Assembly (NCBI GenBank): GCA_963737155.1
Contig: CAVTRN010000002.1
Coordinates: forward strand, 864,001 to 928,000
Length of the DNA: 64,000 bases
Direction: 5' to 3'
Source: Nitrospirota bacterium
GTDB lineage: Bacteria; Nitrospirota; UBA9217
Every line of letters starts with the position of its first letter. Positions within the stretch are counted from its first letter, which is position 1. Positions 42,182-52,610 of this stretch are shown in pieces. The translations under genes were made by a program, and so were the position numbers. A model generated the notes under the pieces. The model had not been told where the DNA came from. It did not search any database and saw only the letters and a list, made by a program, of their open reading frames with translations.

Positions 42182-43877
42182 TATATTTCCCCTGATAATT
42201 AATGATTTGTATAGAAGAAGGATTCGAGATTAAGCTGGCTTTAAACGAATACAAAAAGGCCAAAATAGATATCATAGCTAAAAAATGCAATGGGAAAAAG
42301 CCCATGAGATTGTAACCTTGAGGCCATTTAAGAATGGGAAAACCTATAACATCAACAACTGCCATAGAAAGACAAAATGCAAGTAGACCCGACCAACCAA
42401 CTAGAAGCAGTGTTAAAATTGAGGCATAATTGTCACGCTTGTTTCTAAATAACTTCACGCCGGCCACAAGACCTAATATCAGGGAACAAGAATAAATTAG
42501 TCTAAATAGATTCACTATAGAATTGAAGAGGGCATTTTGAAGCCTTATCGAAAAGCTCTGAGACCCAGAAGGTGGATAAGGCCAAGTCTTCAAATATGAA
42601 TGCCATTCAGTCGCAATATTTGAGGGAGGATCAGTTTGAACTAATTGATTACGATATTGCCCCTCTCCTTTAACAAGAAGTAGAAATGACTTAAGACTTG
42701 CCGGCAAAATGTCGTGAGCATCTGAAATTTTTAAGGGTGGTAACATCGAGAATCCAGCTCTGCCGTGCTCTATTTTGCCACTTTCTATTGCGATACGGAT
42801 CTCTTTGGTTGCTTGGCGGCAAAAATCCAAAAAAGCGTGGCCAGTCTCTCGACCCGATAGAATTATTGCCTCAGTCAACGCAAATTCAAAGTCGGATACA
42901 AAAAATTCACGTCCTTCCCCCCCCCATCCATTAAGTTGAAGATGTCCCTTATTGCGAGCGAGATAGTCCATAGCAGGACCTTCCAAGTACGGCTTTAACT
43001 GGGCAAACGTAGGCGAAATAGCATAGGCAAGCTCTCGTGTGTTTGTGTTAATAGGTACATACTTTTGGTGTTGATCCGGTTGCAGAGAACATAAAATTCC
43101 GTAGAAATCTCTAAAGACTGAGTCTTGACGTAATGATGGTGCATAAACGCCATATGATATGTAATTTAATGTGGAAAAAATTGTCATTGGTAAAAGATAC
43201 CCAACAGACATTAATAAAAAAATTACTGCGCAATAGGATAATTTACGTGAACGCCATGCATGATATAGTAAAAATAAAACTACGACAGCAATTGGCAGCA
43301 TAAGCCATGATGCATCTTCTCGCGTGGTGGCTGCAAGACCCAATGTCAAGCCTGCAGAAAATACCCAAGGCCAAACTTTCCTATCGCCAGTTGGAATTCT
43401 AATCACAACTCCGGTCAGTGATATCATGCAATAAAGCGATAGGGCACCGCACAAAGCTGTTCGTAAAAGGCGACTATCATAACCAGCAATAGGGATACAA
43501 AATACACATAATGTCGACAGGTAAAGAATTGTCCATTTCCCAAAATGTAGAGGACGGATAGCTCTCCAAAAAAGAAAAGGCATTGGTGCGAAAAGAAAAA
43601 ACTCAGCCAAACGCAAAGGGATACCAAGACACACGATGCCAGCTAAGAAGACCGAGAAGAAAGGGGCTTTAGAGAGAACCACATTATTGAATGGCCCCAA
43701 CCAATACGCTCCACCTATGTTCGAGATAATAGAAAAAGCATTTTTATAATACAGCGCGTCATCTGCCCACTGCCAGTACTGGACATCAAGAGGACGAAAA
43801 TAAATCACTAAAAGAGATAAGAAATAAATAACAATAAGGCCAATATACTTAAAATATTCTTTATTTTCTTTATTCAT
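42174..43877 (-). CDS. Multi-TM membrane protein, putative GT-C glycosyltransferase
   Basis: WADDALY acidic pair after TM1, TRED motif, multiple TMs with a large extracytoplasmic loop. Confidence 0.55.
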   Translation of the reverse strand: MNKENKEYFKYIGLIVIYFLSLLVIYFRPLDVQYWQWADDALYYKNAFSIISNIGGAYWLGPFNNVVLSKAPFFSVFLAGIVCLGIPLRLAEFFLFAPMPFLFWRAIRPLHFGKWTILYLSTLCVFCIPIAGYDSRLLRTALCGALSLYCMISLTGVVIRIPTGDRKVWPWVFSAGLTLGLAATTREDASWLMLPIAVVVLFLLYHAWRSRKLSYCAVIFLLMSVGYLLPMTIFSTLNYISYGVYAPSLRQDSVFRDFYGILCSLQPDQHQKYVPINTNTRELAYAISPTFAQLKPYLEGPAMDYLARNKGHLQLNGWGGEGREFFVSDFEFALTEAIILSGRETGHAFLDFCRQATKEIRIAIESGKIEHGRAGFSMLPPLKISDAHDILPASLKSFLLLVKGEGQYRNQLVQTDPPSNIATEWHSYLKTWPYPPSGSQSFSIRLQNALFNSIVNLFRLIYSCSLILGLVAGVKLFRNKRDNYASILTLLLVGWSGLLAFCLSMAVVDVIGFPILKWPQGYNLMGFFPLHFLAMISILAFLYSFKASLISNPSSIQIINYQGKYSG

Positions 43878-43928
43878 AGCTACCTAAGTATGCTATCACA
43901 CTGCAATTAACCCACAGTCGATTCTTTA

Positions 43929-44328
43929 GCGGGCCGTTGAAAAAATACATTGTTTGAAGAAAGGCTCTCGCCCCATTAAATCTAAAGAGGCTTGCTGTTT
44001 TGATCTTTGTCAACGTCAGTGGAGCATTGTTTGTACCTTTTCTCACTATTATGCTAGGAAGGCGGTATCTACATCTACACTATGTGGCGCTACCCCCAAG
44101 ATTTCTCATCCTGATGAGATTATAAGCTGCAGCAGCGATGATGAAGTGACAGGAGACCTTGGGAACACCTCGGTACTTGATCTTGCGGAGATTGCCAATG
44201 GTCTTCATCCTTACGAAGGCCTCTTCAACGCGCTTCCGGAACTTCCGGCTTACGGCATAGCCTAATTGACGGGTTGTTCTTCCATCGATTGCGGAATCGT
44301 CCTTGCGATCACAGTCCGCCAAGGGCAT
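43929..44328 (-). pseudogene. IS5-family transposase C-terminal relic with terminal IR
   Basis: AIDGRTTR..GYAVS...RKRVEEAF..MKTIG.LRK..YRG...AAAAYNLIRM; GCGGGCCGTTGAAAAA at 43929 resembles an IS5-type end. Confidence 0.75.
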
Positions 44329-44330
44329 TT

Positions 44331-45239
44331 TTAGGTTGGTTCATTAGTTGCAAATATTACATCTTGATCAAAGCTTTTATGGTCTTCAGCGTATATGTAT
44401 CCTACCTTTGAAAAAAATCTTACCCAGTTTTTTTCGACATATTGTTTTGGTATGCAGCTTTCGCCGTAAAACGATGTCTCCAGCACTCCACCGCCGCCTG
44501 TGGCACTATGAACGAACCTGCCCGCGTCATAATCCAACAAGTCCTTCTCTGGATTGGTAAACGAACATGCTGCCCCACGCTGGAAGTCTTTCAAATTTTG
44601 CTGTTTTGAAAGTTCAATGCAGGTGTTAATGAAATTGCGAGGTCTTGTGGTGGCAATCACCATGCCGTTTGGCTTAAGGATTCGATTGAACTCACCAAGC
44701 CACCTAAGATGGGCTTCTTCGGAAAGATGGGAAAAGACAGAATACAAGTAAATCAAATCAAAGGTGCTGGGTGCAAATTGTGTAGGAGGCATGGTATCAA
44801 TCACTTTAAAATTGCATCCGATATTTTGTTTTTTACATAAATCTATCATTTCCTTGTAACAGTCAATCCCCCACAATCCGGAAGCTTCCACCTCTTTGAG
44901 AAAGAACCTTATGATTCGGCCCCAGCCGCATCCGAAATCCAGAACAGTCGTAAACTTGCCAATATCTTTTGAGTTATTTAGAAGAATACCCTTAAACAAT
45001 TGGTATGCGGCAAACGCTTCCGACAACGCCAAGTGTCCGCTCCTACCGGTGAAGTTGGTCTGTGTTTCCTCGTCCGGCATGCTCGGAAAAAACTGTCTTA
45101 TGAGCACGTTGTTGTCGTATCCAATAGTAAAAAGCCAATACCAAAAATCGTCGCTAACATCCCCAAACACTTTTTTAAGAGACTCTTTTTTGCGTAGTGC
45201 GCTTGTTAGATCCTCAAGTTGTTTCTGATAATCTCTCAT
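44331..45239 (-). CDS. Class I SAM-dependent methyltransferase
   Basis: VLDFGCGWGRI, FDLIY.YSVFSHL, RILKPNG. Confidence 0.85.
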   Translation of the reverse strand: MRDYQKQLEDLTSALRKKESLKKVFGDVSDDFWYWLFTIGYDNNVLIRQFFPSMPDEETQTNFTGRSGHLALSEAFAAYQLFKGILLNNSKDIGKFTTVLDFGCGWGRIIRFFLKEVEASGLWGIDCYKEMIDLCKKQNIGCNFKVIDTMPPTQFAPSTFDLIYLYSVFSHLSEEAHLRWLGEFNRILKPNGMVIATTRPRNFINTCIELSKQQNLKDFQRGAACSFTNPEKDLLDYDAGRFVHSATGGGGVLETSFYGESCIPKQYVEKNWVRFFSKVGYIYAEDHKSFDQDVIFATNEPT

Positions 45240-45257
45240 TCTAACTGTCCCTCTCCA

Positions 45258-46456
45258 TTACAAGTCCGTTTTTGCATCATTAGATAATTTTAGTTCACGT
45301 GTTGTAAGTTTCCATCGGTCTATCATCCAACTTCCCAAGCGCGTTCCCGGGCGTTCAATTAAAAAATACGTGCAATATGATAATGGAGTCAATAATCCCA
45401 AGGTAAGCAGTACGCAAGCTCCGTACTGCAGGGCGGGGGATAAATGTAGTAAGTAAATCGCACGGTAGACCGGGGTAAGCGCAACTACAAGTGTCGGATG
45501 GTTAAGATAGACCGAATAGCTGATCTTGCCATAAAAGCGTGACGCGCGATTTACAAAAAAGCCTAAAGGATAAATTGCCAACCCTATCAACAACCCTGCA
45601 TATATTAAACCTTGCCAATAATAAGCTTCTATGAGAAAATTTAATTTTCCATCGAGCAACGCAATGTACCCAGCAACGGCGGCTGCTACCACAGCAAACG
45701 CCAAACTGCGGGGAAGAACCTTGCCTTGAATAAAGTGCTCGTACACGAAGAAAACGAGCATACCAAAAGCGAAAATGGGCAATTGGTGAAGGAAACTCAT
45801 ATGGAGAAAACCGGCGCGCTGAGATTCGACTATAGGCAATATACCAACAACACCGGAATAGATAGCTGCGACTATTAATGTGAAAAAGAAAAAACCCAGA
45901 GACTTCCAACAATCATTAATATAATCGTAAATGAAAGGGAATAGAAGATAAAATATGACTTCAACGCTCAGGATCCAACTAGCCCATACAAAACCCTCAT
46001 GCTTGCCGGGGACAAAATAAAACACAAGAACACATTAAGCAGCACGTCTGTCCAAGAATGTGTGACTCCATACCAGAACTTGTCACGAATCAAAGAGAGG
46101 AGCATCCAAAAATAGAAGAGGGGTGCAATTCTAAAAAATCGACGCAGGTAAAATTGCATTGTAAGCTGAGGTTCCTCTTTGCGCTTCTGCATGGACAGAC
46201 AAAGGCAGAAGGCGCTTATTATGAAAAAAAGAGTTACCCCCGTGCCTCCACTCAACACAAACCGGCTTGCCCAAAATGGCACGGTCAAATTCGGTTGGGG
46301 AAGAAGCGCCAAATGATACGACAGAATGTATAGTGCAGCTAGCCCGCGCAGGGCATCGATGGCTTCAAGGCGATCCGGCATTTGCAGAGTTTCAATTCTG
46401 GAAGTCATATTCACGATATCAGGCCCCTTGACATAATGAGAATCTTTTTCCCACAA
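45258..46456 (-). pseudogene. Acyltransferase_3 (OafA-like) O-acyltransferase split by a frameshift
   Basis: N-half DALRGLAA..H, GVTLFFIIS, RRFFRIAP; C-half WILSVE..FY, GKISYSVYL.H, IERP; frames switch near 46026. Confidence 0.8.
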
Positions 46457-46674
46457 TTTACTGCCTATATCACACCGCCGAGGGAGGAATACACTGTAAC
46501 TGATTGGTTACTTTACTATAAATTATAAAGAAAGTATTTTCTTTATAATTATTTCCGTCCGCATTGAATAGAGTGAAAGCAATAATATATCATGCGTATA
46601 ATTATATAACCTGTAAAAGAGGTCAAGAGTGGTCGCGAAATAAGTATACAGACGGAATTATCCCTTCGATTGCT

Positions 46675-46814
46675 CTTTGTAAGCAGATGCCGAACACTGT
46701 CTTTGCTAACGCGCTCCTTCTCGAAGACCCTGACACTATGACCATGTTTTAAAAGCACCTCGCACGCATGGGACCAAGAAAGCCGCTATCACCTAATACC
46801 AAACATTTCTTCAA
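46675..46814 (-). pseudogene. N-terminal relic of an NAD-dependent epimerase
   Basis: KKCLVLGDSGFLG / HACEVLLKHGHSVRVFEK resembles the start of 37352-38302. Confidence 0.55.
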
Positions 46815-46897
46815 ATATATCGACTTCTCCTTAGCTCGTATATTGGCCCTCTAAGTAAATTATCAAAGTAATAAATCTGTTTAATAAGGGTATCTGT

Positions 46898-49800
46898 TTA
46901 ACATGTTATTCCCAAATACTTCTTGATATATTCTCTATATGCATAGATTTTATCCTTGGTTGAAACTTCTACTGGGAATTGACTAATGACAAACTCCTGA
47001 ATTTTTACAACCTCGTCATAGTGCATTTCTTTGTTTTCGGCTGCCACAACACTTCGCACATGCCTTCTATGTAAATTCAATGGCTTAGCACAAAATGATA
47101 TCTTGCCATGCTGAAGGAGCCAGATATAAAAAAACCAATCGCCGGCGATTTTAAAGGAAACTAGATCTTCAACAATACTATCAATTTCTGTTTTCTTAAA
47201 AACAGCAGATGATACGTTTGGTATTGTGTTTTTTATTGCCAATGTGTCAGCAATTTCCAGTCTTCCATCGCGAACATAATTTTTCGTCCATTTATTGCTA
47301 TCAATGTCTGCTGTATAATTCAGATAATTCTCACAAAGAACTTTACCATTTTCATCGATCTGTTTAGACTGGCTATAGCTAAAGACCACTTCGCGATCTT
47401 CAAATCCTTTCAGTACTTCTCTGAGAAACGTTGGCTCGCATAGATCATCAGCTTCAGCTATCCAAATGTACTCACCCCGCGCAAGGGAAATGCCCTTAGC
47501 CCACTGCTTAAATACACTTCCTGAATTAGACTTATCAGCAAGGATCTTAATATCTGCTTGACCCGATGCTGCGAAACTTTGAACAATATCCAGACTATTA
47601 TCATTCGACGCATCGTCCAACACTATTACTTCATAAACCGGATAAGTCTGGCGCGCTATGCTCTGCAGCCGGCTTTCGAGGTACTTGCCATAATTGTAAT
47701 TCGGTACGACAACGCTAACCCTCATATAATTGTGGCCAAGAAGCGAAAGCAGCCTGTAAACATAATCCTTAAAATTCAAATTTGTTTCGACCAAGAGCGA
47801 ACCGTTATAACCCAATCTTTTTCTCTCGTCCTGATTGCTCAACAAGCGTATAGTCTCCGCACTCATTGCGTCTACGTCCAGGTAAGGCACGAGGACTCCC
47901 GTATCTTTAGTAACAATATCTTTGAATCCGCCAGCATCGCTGAAGCCGATAACAGGCAATCGTACGTCCATTGCTTCGGGGACAACACATGGGAAAGGGT
48001 CCTCTCTTGACGTCATGAGAAAGATATCTGCTCCCGCATAATAAAGCGCGATATCTCTCTGCGCATCGACAAAAATGATTCTGTCCTTTAAGGCATACGC
48101 TTTAACTCTGTGGTCAATTACATTTTCAAAATTGGGGTCATGCTTTCCTATCCACACGAAATAGGTCTTTGGCAATACATCGCCGACTTTTTTTGCGACA
48201 TCCAGAAAGAGGTCAATTCCCTTTCTGTAATAGGCATAGCCCACTCCCAAGATAATTTGAGCATCTTCGGGCAAAGATAACATCTTTCGCAAGGCAACTC
48301 TGGCTTCGCCCTGTTCGAATTTATAACGATTCTCGCTAAAGAGCCCCTGAGGCAACACCACAGTTTTATTTTCGTCAAGAGAAACAACAGTTTTAAATTT
48401 ATCCCTCACAAATTCCGCCGGAAAGACAACCGTTGAAGAATGTGTGGACAAAAGATCAGCATGGTTTTCAATTTCATAGTGCCTAATCGTTTCTGGTAAT
48501 TCATGCACCAGCGTTATTACGTTGATCCCTTTGCGCGCCAGAATTTCAGTAAGATCTCCTGACACAACAGTATTGCAAATAGCAACATCCGCGCCCTTGT
48601 CATAAAGATCGTTGATAAGATTGTCTAAGCGGGTAGCATCATTGAAAGCACGGTCGATATTATAAACTGTTGCGTATAGCGAAAAGTCAGGTTCCAACTG
48701 CCCCCCTGATTTAAGAAGCAAATGCACGTCATATCCAAATTTGAGTTTCAATATTTTTATGATATTGAGGGAAAGGAGTTGCGCACCGTGAAAGTGGGCA
48801 TCGTGTGAAACGAAAATTATCTTTCTGGCGTCATGGTGCCTCTCATGATGGTCAATAAGAGCTTTTGCAGTCGCGTTCAGGAACGCATAACCATATTTCA
48901 TGTCAGGCTCCAAATAAGCGCCTTCTGCCCACTCATTCCATGCATTAACAAAAATCAACCTTTCCGTTGCTGAAAAAGTTCTGCGTGTGTACTCGCATAA
49001 ATAATCAAGCCATTCTTTATATCTTTGAGGTGAAGCGCTATAATAAATAGTGCCTTTCCCTCTTTTTCGTGATTCATTATCCCAGCTTGGGAAAATCCCT
49101 CTAAACTTCTTATAAGGTGGTGTGGGATATTTTTTGCTAAATTCAATAGCATTCGCATATTCGTAAACAGTGCCATCAAACGAGGGATTAGTGAAATAAA
49201 TTTCGTTGTTAATGGGTGTCAATGGAAATGTGTTAGGAGCGAATTCTATGGCAGCATCAAATCCTACTTGCCTAGGATCAATGTGCTCAAATGAGTGAGT
49301 TAGTGCCAAATATATTTCTCCGATGCCATTATTCCGACAATAGTTGCGCCATCGTTGAGAAGTTTCTGAGAGTTTGGGGAATAATGCTGGTCTATATATG
49401 ATAAGCAATGGTTTCCCATCAATTCTGATATACCGGACATCCTCAAATAGTTTAGAGACCTCCGTAATAAAAGCAATATCATCTTCCGGGGTGTGCCGTT
49501 GTTCTAATAGGATATCACTATCCCGCCCATCCCATCGTCTCGACCAGCTTTCGTTTGCCCAGTTTATACAGAAAGGAAAATCAAGGGTTTTATCAGTAAA
49601 AAATTGCTCCAATGGAGATTCTAAAACCTTTTCTCCTTGAAACCAGTAAAAATGAAAACAAAATCCGCTAATGCCATATTGTTTGGCCAGTTGTATCTGC
49701 CTTTTTTGGACTTCCGGGATCCTTAAATCGTAATAACCGAGTTCACCCGGCAGACGCGGCTGATAATGGCCTATAAATTGAGGGATGGCTTTTGTTACAT

Positions 49801-51667
49801 TAGTCCATTCTGTAAAGCCTTTGCCCCACCATTCGTCATTTTCTGGAATTGGGTGAAACTGGGGAAGGTAAAAGGCAATAAGTTTAATATCCGTTTTTGG
49901 CACTTCCGGTGATGAGATAGACACGTAATCATTATCCGTACCGTTGATCATCTCAAATAAGAATTTAAAATAATCTTTTCCAGTTCCAATTAATGTATGC
50001 CGTTCATTTTCGGGGGCATTCACCGAATTTTCTTGTTTCAATATCGCCGGTTCCAAACCTGCAGATGTCGGCGGTGGACAAGTGAAAGTATTTACTGAGT
50101 CCTCTTGCGTTAAGTCACGCCATGCATTTCTTAAAAATGGGCGCAAACCTTTCGCTCTGATATTTGGAATCGCCTGTTTAAAATCGTAGGTTTTTATAAT
50201 CCGCAAGATGTTCTGAACAGTTATGTTTTTAAGTGTTCTTTCCTTATTTACTTTCCGATTATTTTTCTTTTGCTTAATTAAAAAGCCCCGCCTTAGAACT
50301 TCGTCAACCTTCCTGAGCGGCGCTGTGAGGCGCCATGAACGGCTCAATTGCATTACATGAAGATCGTTCGTAAGATACTGAATCTTCAATAATGCGTTAT
50401 CGCGCTCCGTCTTTATGAGCTCTTGTTGAACAAGTTGCCTCGTATTCTCTGCAAGGATTCGTTCCTTCTCTGACAACAATTGATTTTGTTCTGTCAAAAC
50501 TCGGTCGCGTTCGGTAACAGTTTGACTGAGAGCACCGATCTGCCCGTTGCGTTCGGTAACACTTTGACTGAGAGCACCGATCTGCGCGTCGCGTTCGGTA
50601 ACAGTTTGACTGAGGGCACCGATCTGCGCGTCGCGTTCGGTAACAGTTTGACTGAGAGTACCGATCTGCGCGTCGCGTTCGGTAACAGTTTGACTGAGAG
50701 CACTGATCTGCGCGTCGCGTTCGGTAACAGTTTGACTGAGAGTACCGATCTGCGCGTGGTATTTAGCTTTGTCCCGAGCAAGTGATTCAATATTGTTTTG
50801 CAAAAGATGATTCCGCGCTACCAAAGCTTCTAATTCTTCGCGGAGAGTACCGTTTCTTTGGTTCTGGTCGTCCACAGATGCCCTTAATTGATCTATCTCC
50901 GCCAGCGTCCTGATATTCTTTCTATAAGCGATAAAAGCGGTCGCAAATTGACCATGCACATAGAGCTGAAAGGCGTGTTCGGTACTCATATAGCAGTCGA
51001 TAACATCAGTTGAGAGGCCAAGCATGCCGAGCAATTTAGTAAAGGGAACAAACTCTTCTATGCCGAACTCTTGATATTTGACCTTGTATAGCTGATGCAG
51101 GCTTCTAAATAAAATGAAAGACAACGGGAGATGATCTTGAAATACCCATTCCGTGTCTGTAACATAATATGCGCCATTTTGTACGATAATGTTATCGAAA
51201 GTTAAATCAAGGTTTGATATTTGGCAGAAAAGTCCTTCACGGCCCATAACAGCTTTTTGTCGGTCATCAAAAACATCATCCAAGGATCCGGTTATTTTAA
51301 ATACACTCGAAACCTTAGTGGCACTTTTAAGCAGGGAAGAATATTCCTCAATAACGTGTACGAATCTCTCTTCATTCCGATCCAGAAAAGCGAGCAGTAC
51401 TTCTTTTTCGTAGCTCTCTCCATCGACATATTCAAAAGTAATTGCATCATCGGCTGTATTCAAGATGCGAGGAAGCCTGAATCTGGTGCCCGCTAAACTG
51501 TTTTGAAAGAGTTCATGATTTTGGTGCATGCGGGCCACATGAGCCCGTGCCTCGGGGGTCAGCGCGCGTTTGATGACATATTTCCGATCGCCTTCGCTTA
51601 CGATGAGAGTCTCGGTTTGAAACTCCTTCCTGCGTGTTCTGCTGTATTTTGCATATAAGACTGTCAT
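46898..51667 (-). CDS. Multidomain glycan polymerase/terminator: kinase-like domain, coiled coil, WbsX/GH99-like GT, GT4, GT2
   Basis: NLDLTFDNII..DTEW kinase-like motifs; heptad repeats then SRSWRLTAPLR; IAFYLPQFHPIPENDEWWGKGFTEW and NAWNEWAEGAYLEPD; SREDPFP..EAM; VPNYNY..LDDASND..WIAEADD. Confidence 0.85.
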   Translation of the reverse strand: MTVLYAKYSRTRRKEFQTETLIVSEGDRKYVIKRALTPEARAHVARMHQNHELFQNSLAGTRFRLPRILNTADDAITFEYVDGESYEKEVLLAFLDRNEERFVHVIEEYSSLLKSATKVSSVFKITGSLDDVFDDRQKAVMGREGLFCQISNLDLTFDNIIVQNGAYYVTDTEWVFQDHLPLSFILFRSLHQLYKVKYQEFGIEEFVPFTKLLGMLGLSTDVIDCYMSTEHAFQLYVHGQFATAFIAYRKNIRTLAEIDQLRASVDDQNQRNGTLREELEALVARNHLLQNNIESLARDKAKYHAQIGTLSQTVTERDAQISALSQTVTERDAQIGTLSQTVTERDAQIGALSQTVTERDAQIGALSQSVTERNGQIGALSQTVTERDRVLTEQNQLLSEKERILAENTRQLVQQELIKTERDNALLKIQYLTNDLHVMQLSRSWRLTAPLRKVDEVLRRGFLIKQKKNNRKVNKERTLKNITVQNILRIIKTYDFKQAIPNIRAKGLRPFLRNAWRDLTQEDSVNTFTCPPPTSAGLEPAILKQENSVNAPENERHTLIGTGKDYFKFLFEMINGTDNDYVSISSPEVPKTDIKLIAFYLPQFHPIPENDEWWGKGFTEWTNVTKAIPQFIGHYQPRLPGELGYYDLRIPEVQKRQIQLAKQYGISGFCFHFYWFQGEKVLESPLEQFFTDKTLDFPFCINWANESWSRRWDGRDSDILLEQRHTPEDDIAFITEVSKLFEDVRYIRIDGKPLLIIYRPALFPKLSETSQRWRNYCRNNGIGEIYLALTHSFEHIDPRQVGFDAAIEFAPNTFPLTPINNEIYFTNPSFDGTVYEYANAIEFSKKYPTPPYKKFRGIFPSWDNESRKRGKGTIYYSASPQRYKEWLDYLCEYTRRTFSATERLIFVNAWNEWAEGAYLEPDMKYGYAFLNATAKALIDHHERHHDARKIIFVSHDAHFHGAQLLSLNIIKILKLKFGYDVHLLLKSGGQLEPDFSLYATVYNIDRAFNDATRLDNLINDLYDKGADVAICNTVVSGDLTEILARKGINVITLVHELPETIRHYEIENHADLLSTHSSTVVFPAEFVRDKFKTVVSLDENKTVVLPQGLFSENRYKFEQGEARVALRKMLSLPEDAQIILGVGYAYYRKGIDLFLDVAKKVGDVLPKTYFVWIGKHDPNFENVIDHRVKAYALKDRIIFVDAQRDIALYYAGADIFLMTSREDPFPCVVPEAMDVRLPVIGFSDAGGFKDIVTKDTGVLVPYLDVDAMSAETIRLLSNQDERKRLGYNGSLLVETNLNFKDYVYRLLSLLGHNYMRVSVVVPNYNYGKYLESRLQSIARQTYPVYEVIVLDDASNDNSLDIVQSFAASGQADIKILADKSNSGSVFKQWAKGISLARGEYIWIAEADDLCEPTFLREVLKGFEDREVVFSYSQSKQIDENGKVLCENYLNYTADIDSNKWTKNYVRDGRLEIADTLAIKNTIPNVSSAVFKKTEIDSIVEDLVSFKIAGDWFFYIWLLQHGKISFCAKPLNLHRRHVRSVVAAENKEMHYDEVVKIQEFVISQFPVEVSTKDKIYAYREYIKKYLGITC
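50504..50755 (-). repeat. Six tandem 42-bp repeats encoding (AQIGxLSQTVTERD)6
   Basis: Unit GTCGCGTTCGGTAACAGTTTGACTGAGAGCACCGATCTGCGC starting at 50504, 50546, 50588, 50630, 50672, 50714. Confidence 0.95.
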
Positions 51668-52558
51668 TCAGTTTTTCCTGCCAAAAATCAAAAAGGAATT
51701 GGCAAAAAAGTCAAAATGGTTGTTCTTAATAATATTAAGGTAAGCAAGTTTCTCGTTGAATAAAAGAAATCGCTCGCGATCGAAATTAGGCGCTTGCGAG
51801 AGAACATTTATAATATCAGGGAGACGCTCGTCACTGTAAATTTCTCCGGGAAGTTTGTAATCGGGATGAGGGTAATAGAATTCTAAGTCAGTGAAGCCAT
51901 ATGTGTTGAAAAGTTGTATGATCTCGGACTTACCAAATGTTTCATGTGTTTTGTTGGTGACGTATCCCTCTATGTTTTCAAACAGGTTTCCCGTGTGGTC
52001 TTCTCCTGCGCCGCTAAAATATTTCAGCCCAAACTTGTTCTCTATGGCGACGATGAGAGTCCCGCCTTTGATGAGCAGCGAATCCAATTTATTAAAATAA
52101 TCTTTATAAGGCGTCTTGGAATCCACAAAACCCCGAACGTATTCTAGCACCCCGATAAGCGTCACGTAATCAAACTGAGCATCGAAATTCATATCCATTA
52201 TATTTCCAGCAGCGATTTCGAGGTTCTCAATGCTTTCGTACCTGTTGAGAATTATTTCTGCACGGCGCATCGAAAGTTCCACCGCAACTACCCTTTGCGC
52301 TTTTTCGCAGAAAAGACCGGTCATGGCGCCGCAGCCAGCCCCGATCTCCAATAAGGCTGCATTGCGTTTGAAGGGATACCATTCCAGAAGATTACGTCGT
52401 TCCGGTGACAGATGATACAAAACAGGCCATCTATTGTCATTAAAGAGAACGTCTAAATAGTCCGTCTCTTGCCTGACAATTTCAAGAATGTCGTTCTCGA
52501 CATCCCCATCAGAATACAAATCCTGCCCTTTATAAAAATATGAATTTAATATTGCCAT
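51668..52558 (-). CDS. Class I SAM-dependent methyltransferase, probable glycan chain terminator
   Basis: YSDGDVE, LLEIGAGCGAMT, IGVLEY, AIENKFGLKYF.G..EDH, YYP.PDYKLP; between wzt and the polymerase. Confidence 0.85.
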   Translation of the reverse strand: MAILNSYFYKGQDLYSDGDVENDILEIVRQETDYLDVLFNDNRWPVLYHLSPERRNLLEWYPFKRNAALLEIGAGCGAMTGLFCEKAQRVVAVELSMRRAEIILNRYESIENLEIAAGNIMDMNFDAQFDYVTLIGVLEYVRGFVDSKTPYKDYFNKLDSLLIKGGTLIVAIENKFGLKYFSGAGEDHTGNLFENIEGYVTNKTHETFGKSEIIQLFNTYGFTDLEFYYPHPDYKLPGEIYSDERLPDIINVLSQAPNFDRERFLLFNEKLAYLNIIKNNHFDFFANSFLIFGRKN

Positions 52559-52610
52559 GCTTTATCCGATTGTTATTGCAGTTGCCTTTCCTTCACTGGT
52601 GCGTATAGCC

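Noticed and set aside
50504-50755. 42-bp repeats as a CRISPR array
   Set aside because: Units are contiguous with no unique spacers, lie in frame in a CDS, and no cas genes are present
51665-51670. Selenocysteine recoding of the TGA
   Set aside because: No convincing SECIS hairpin seen and no Cys-type context; a normal ATG with SD-like sequence follows
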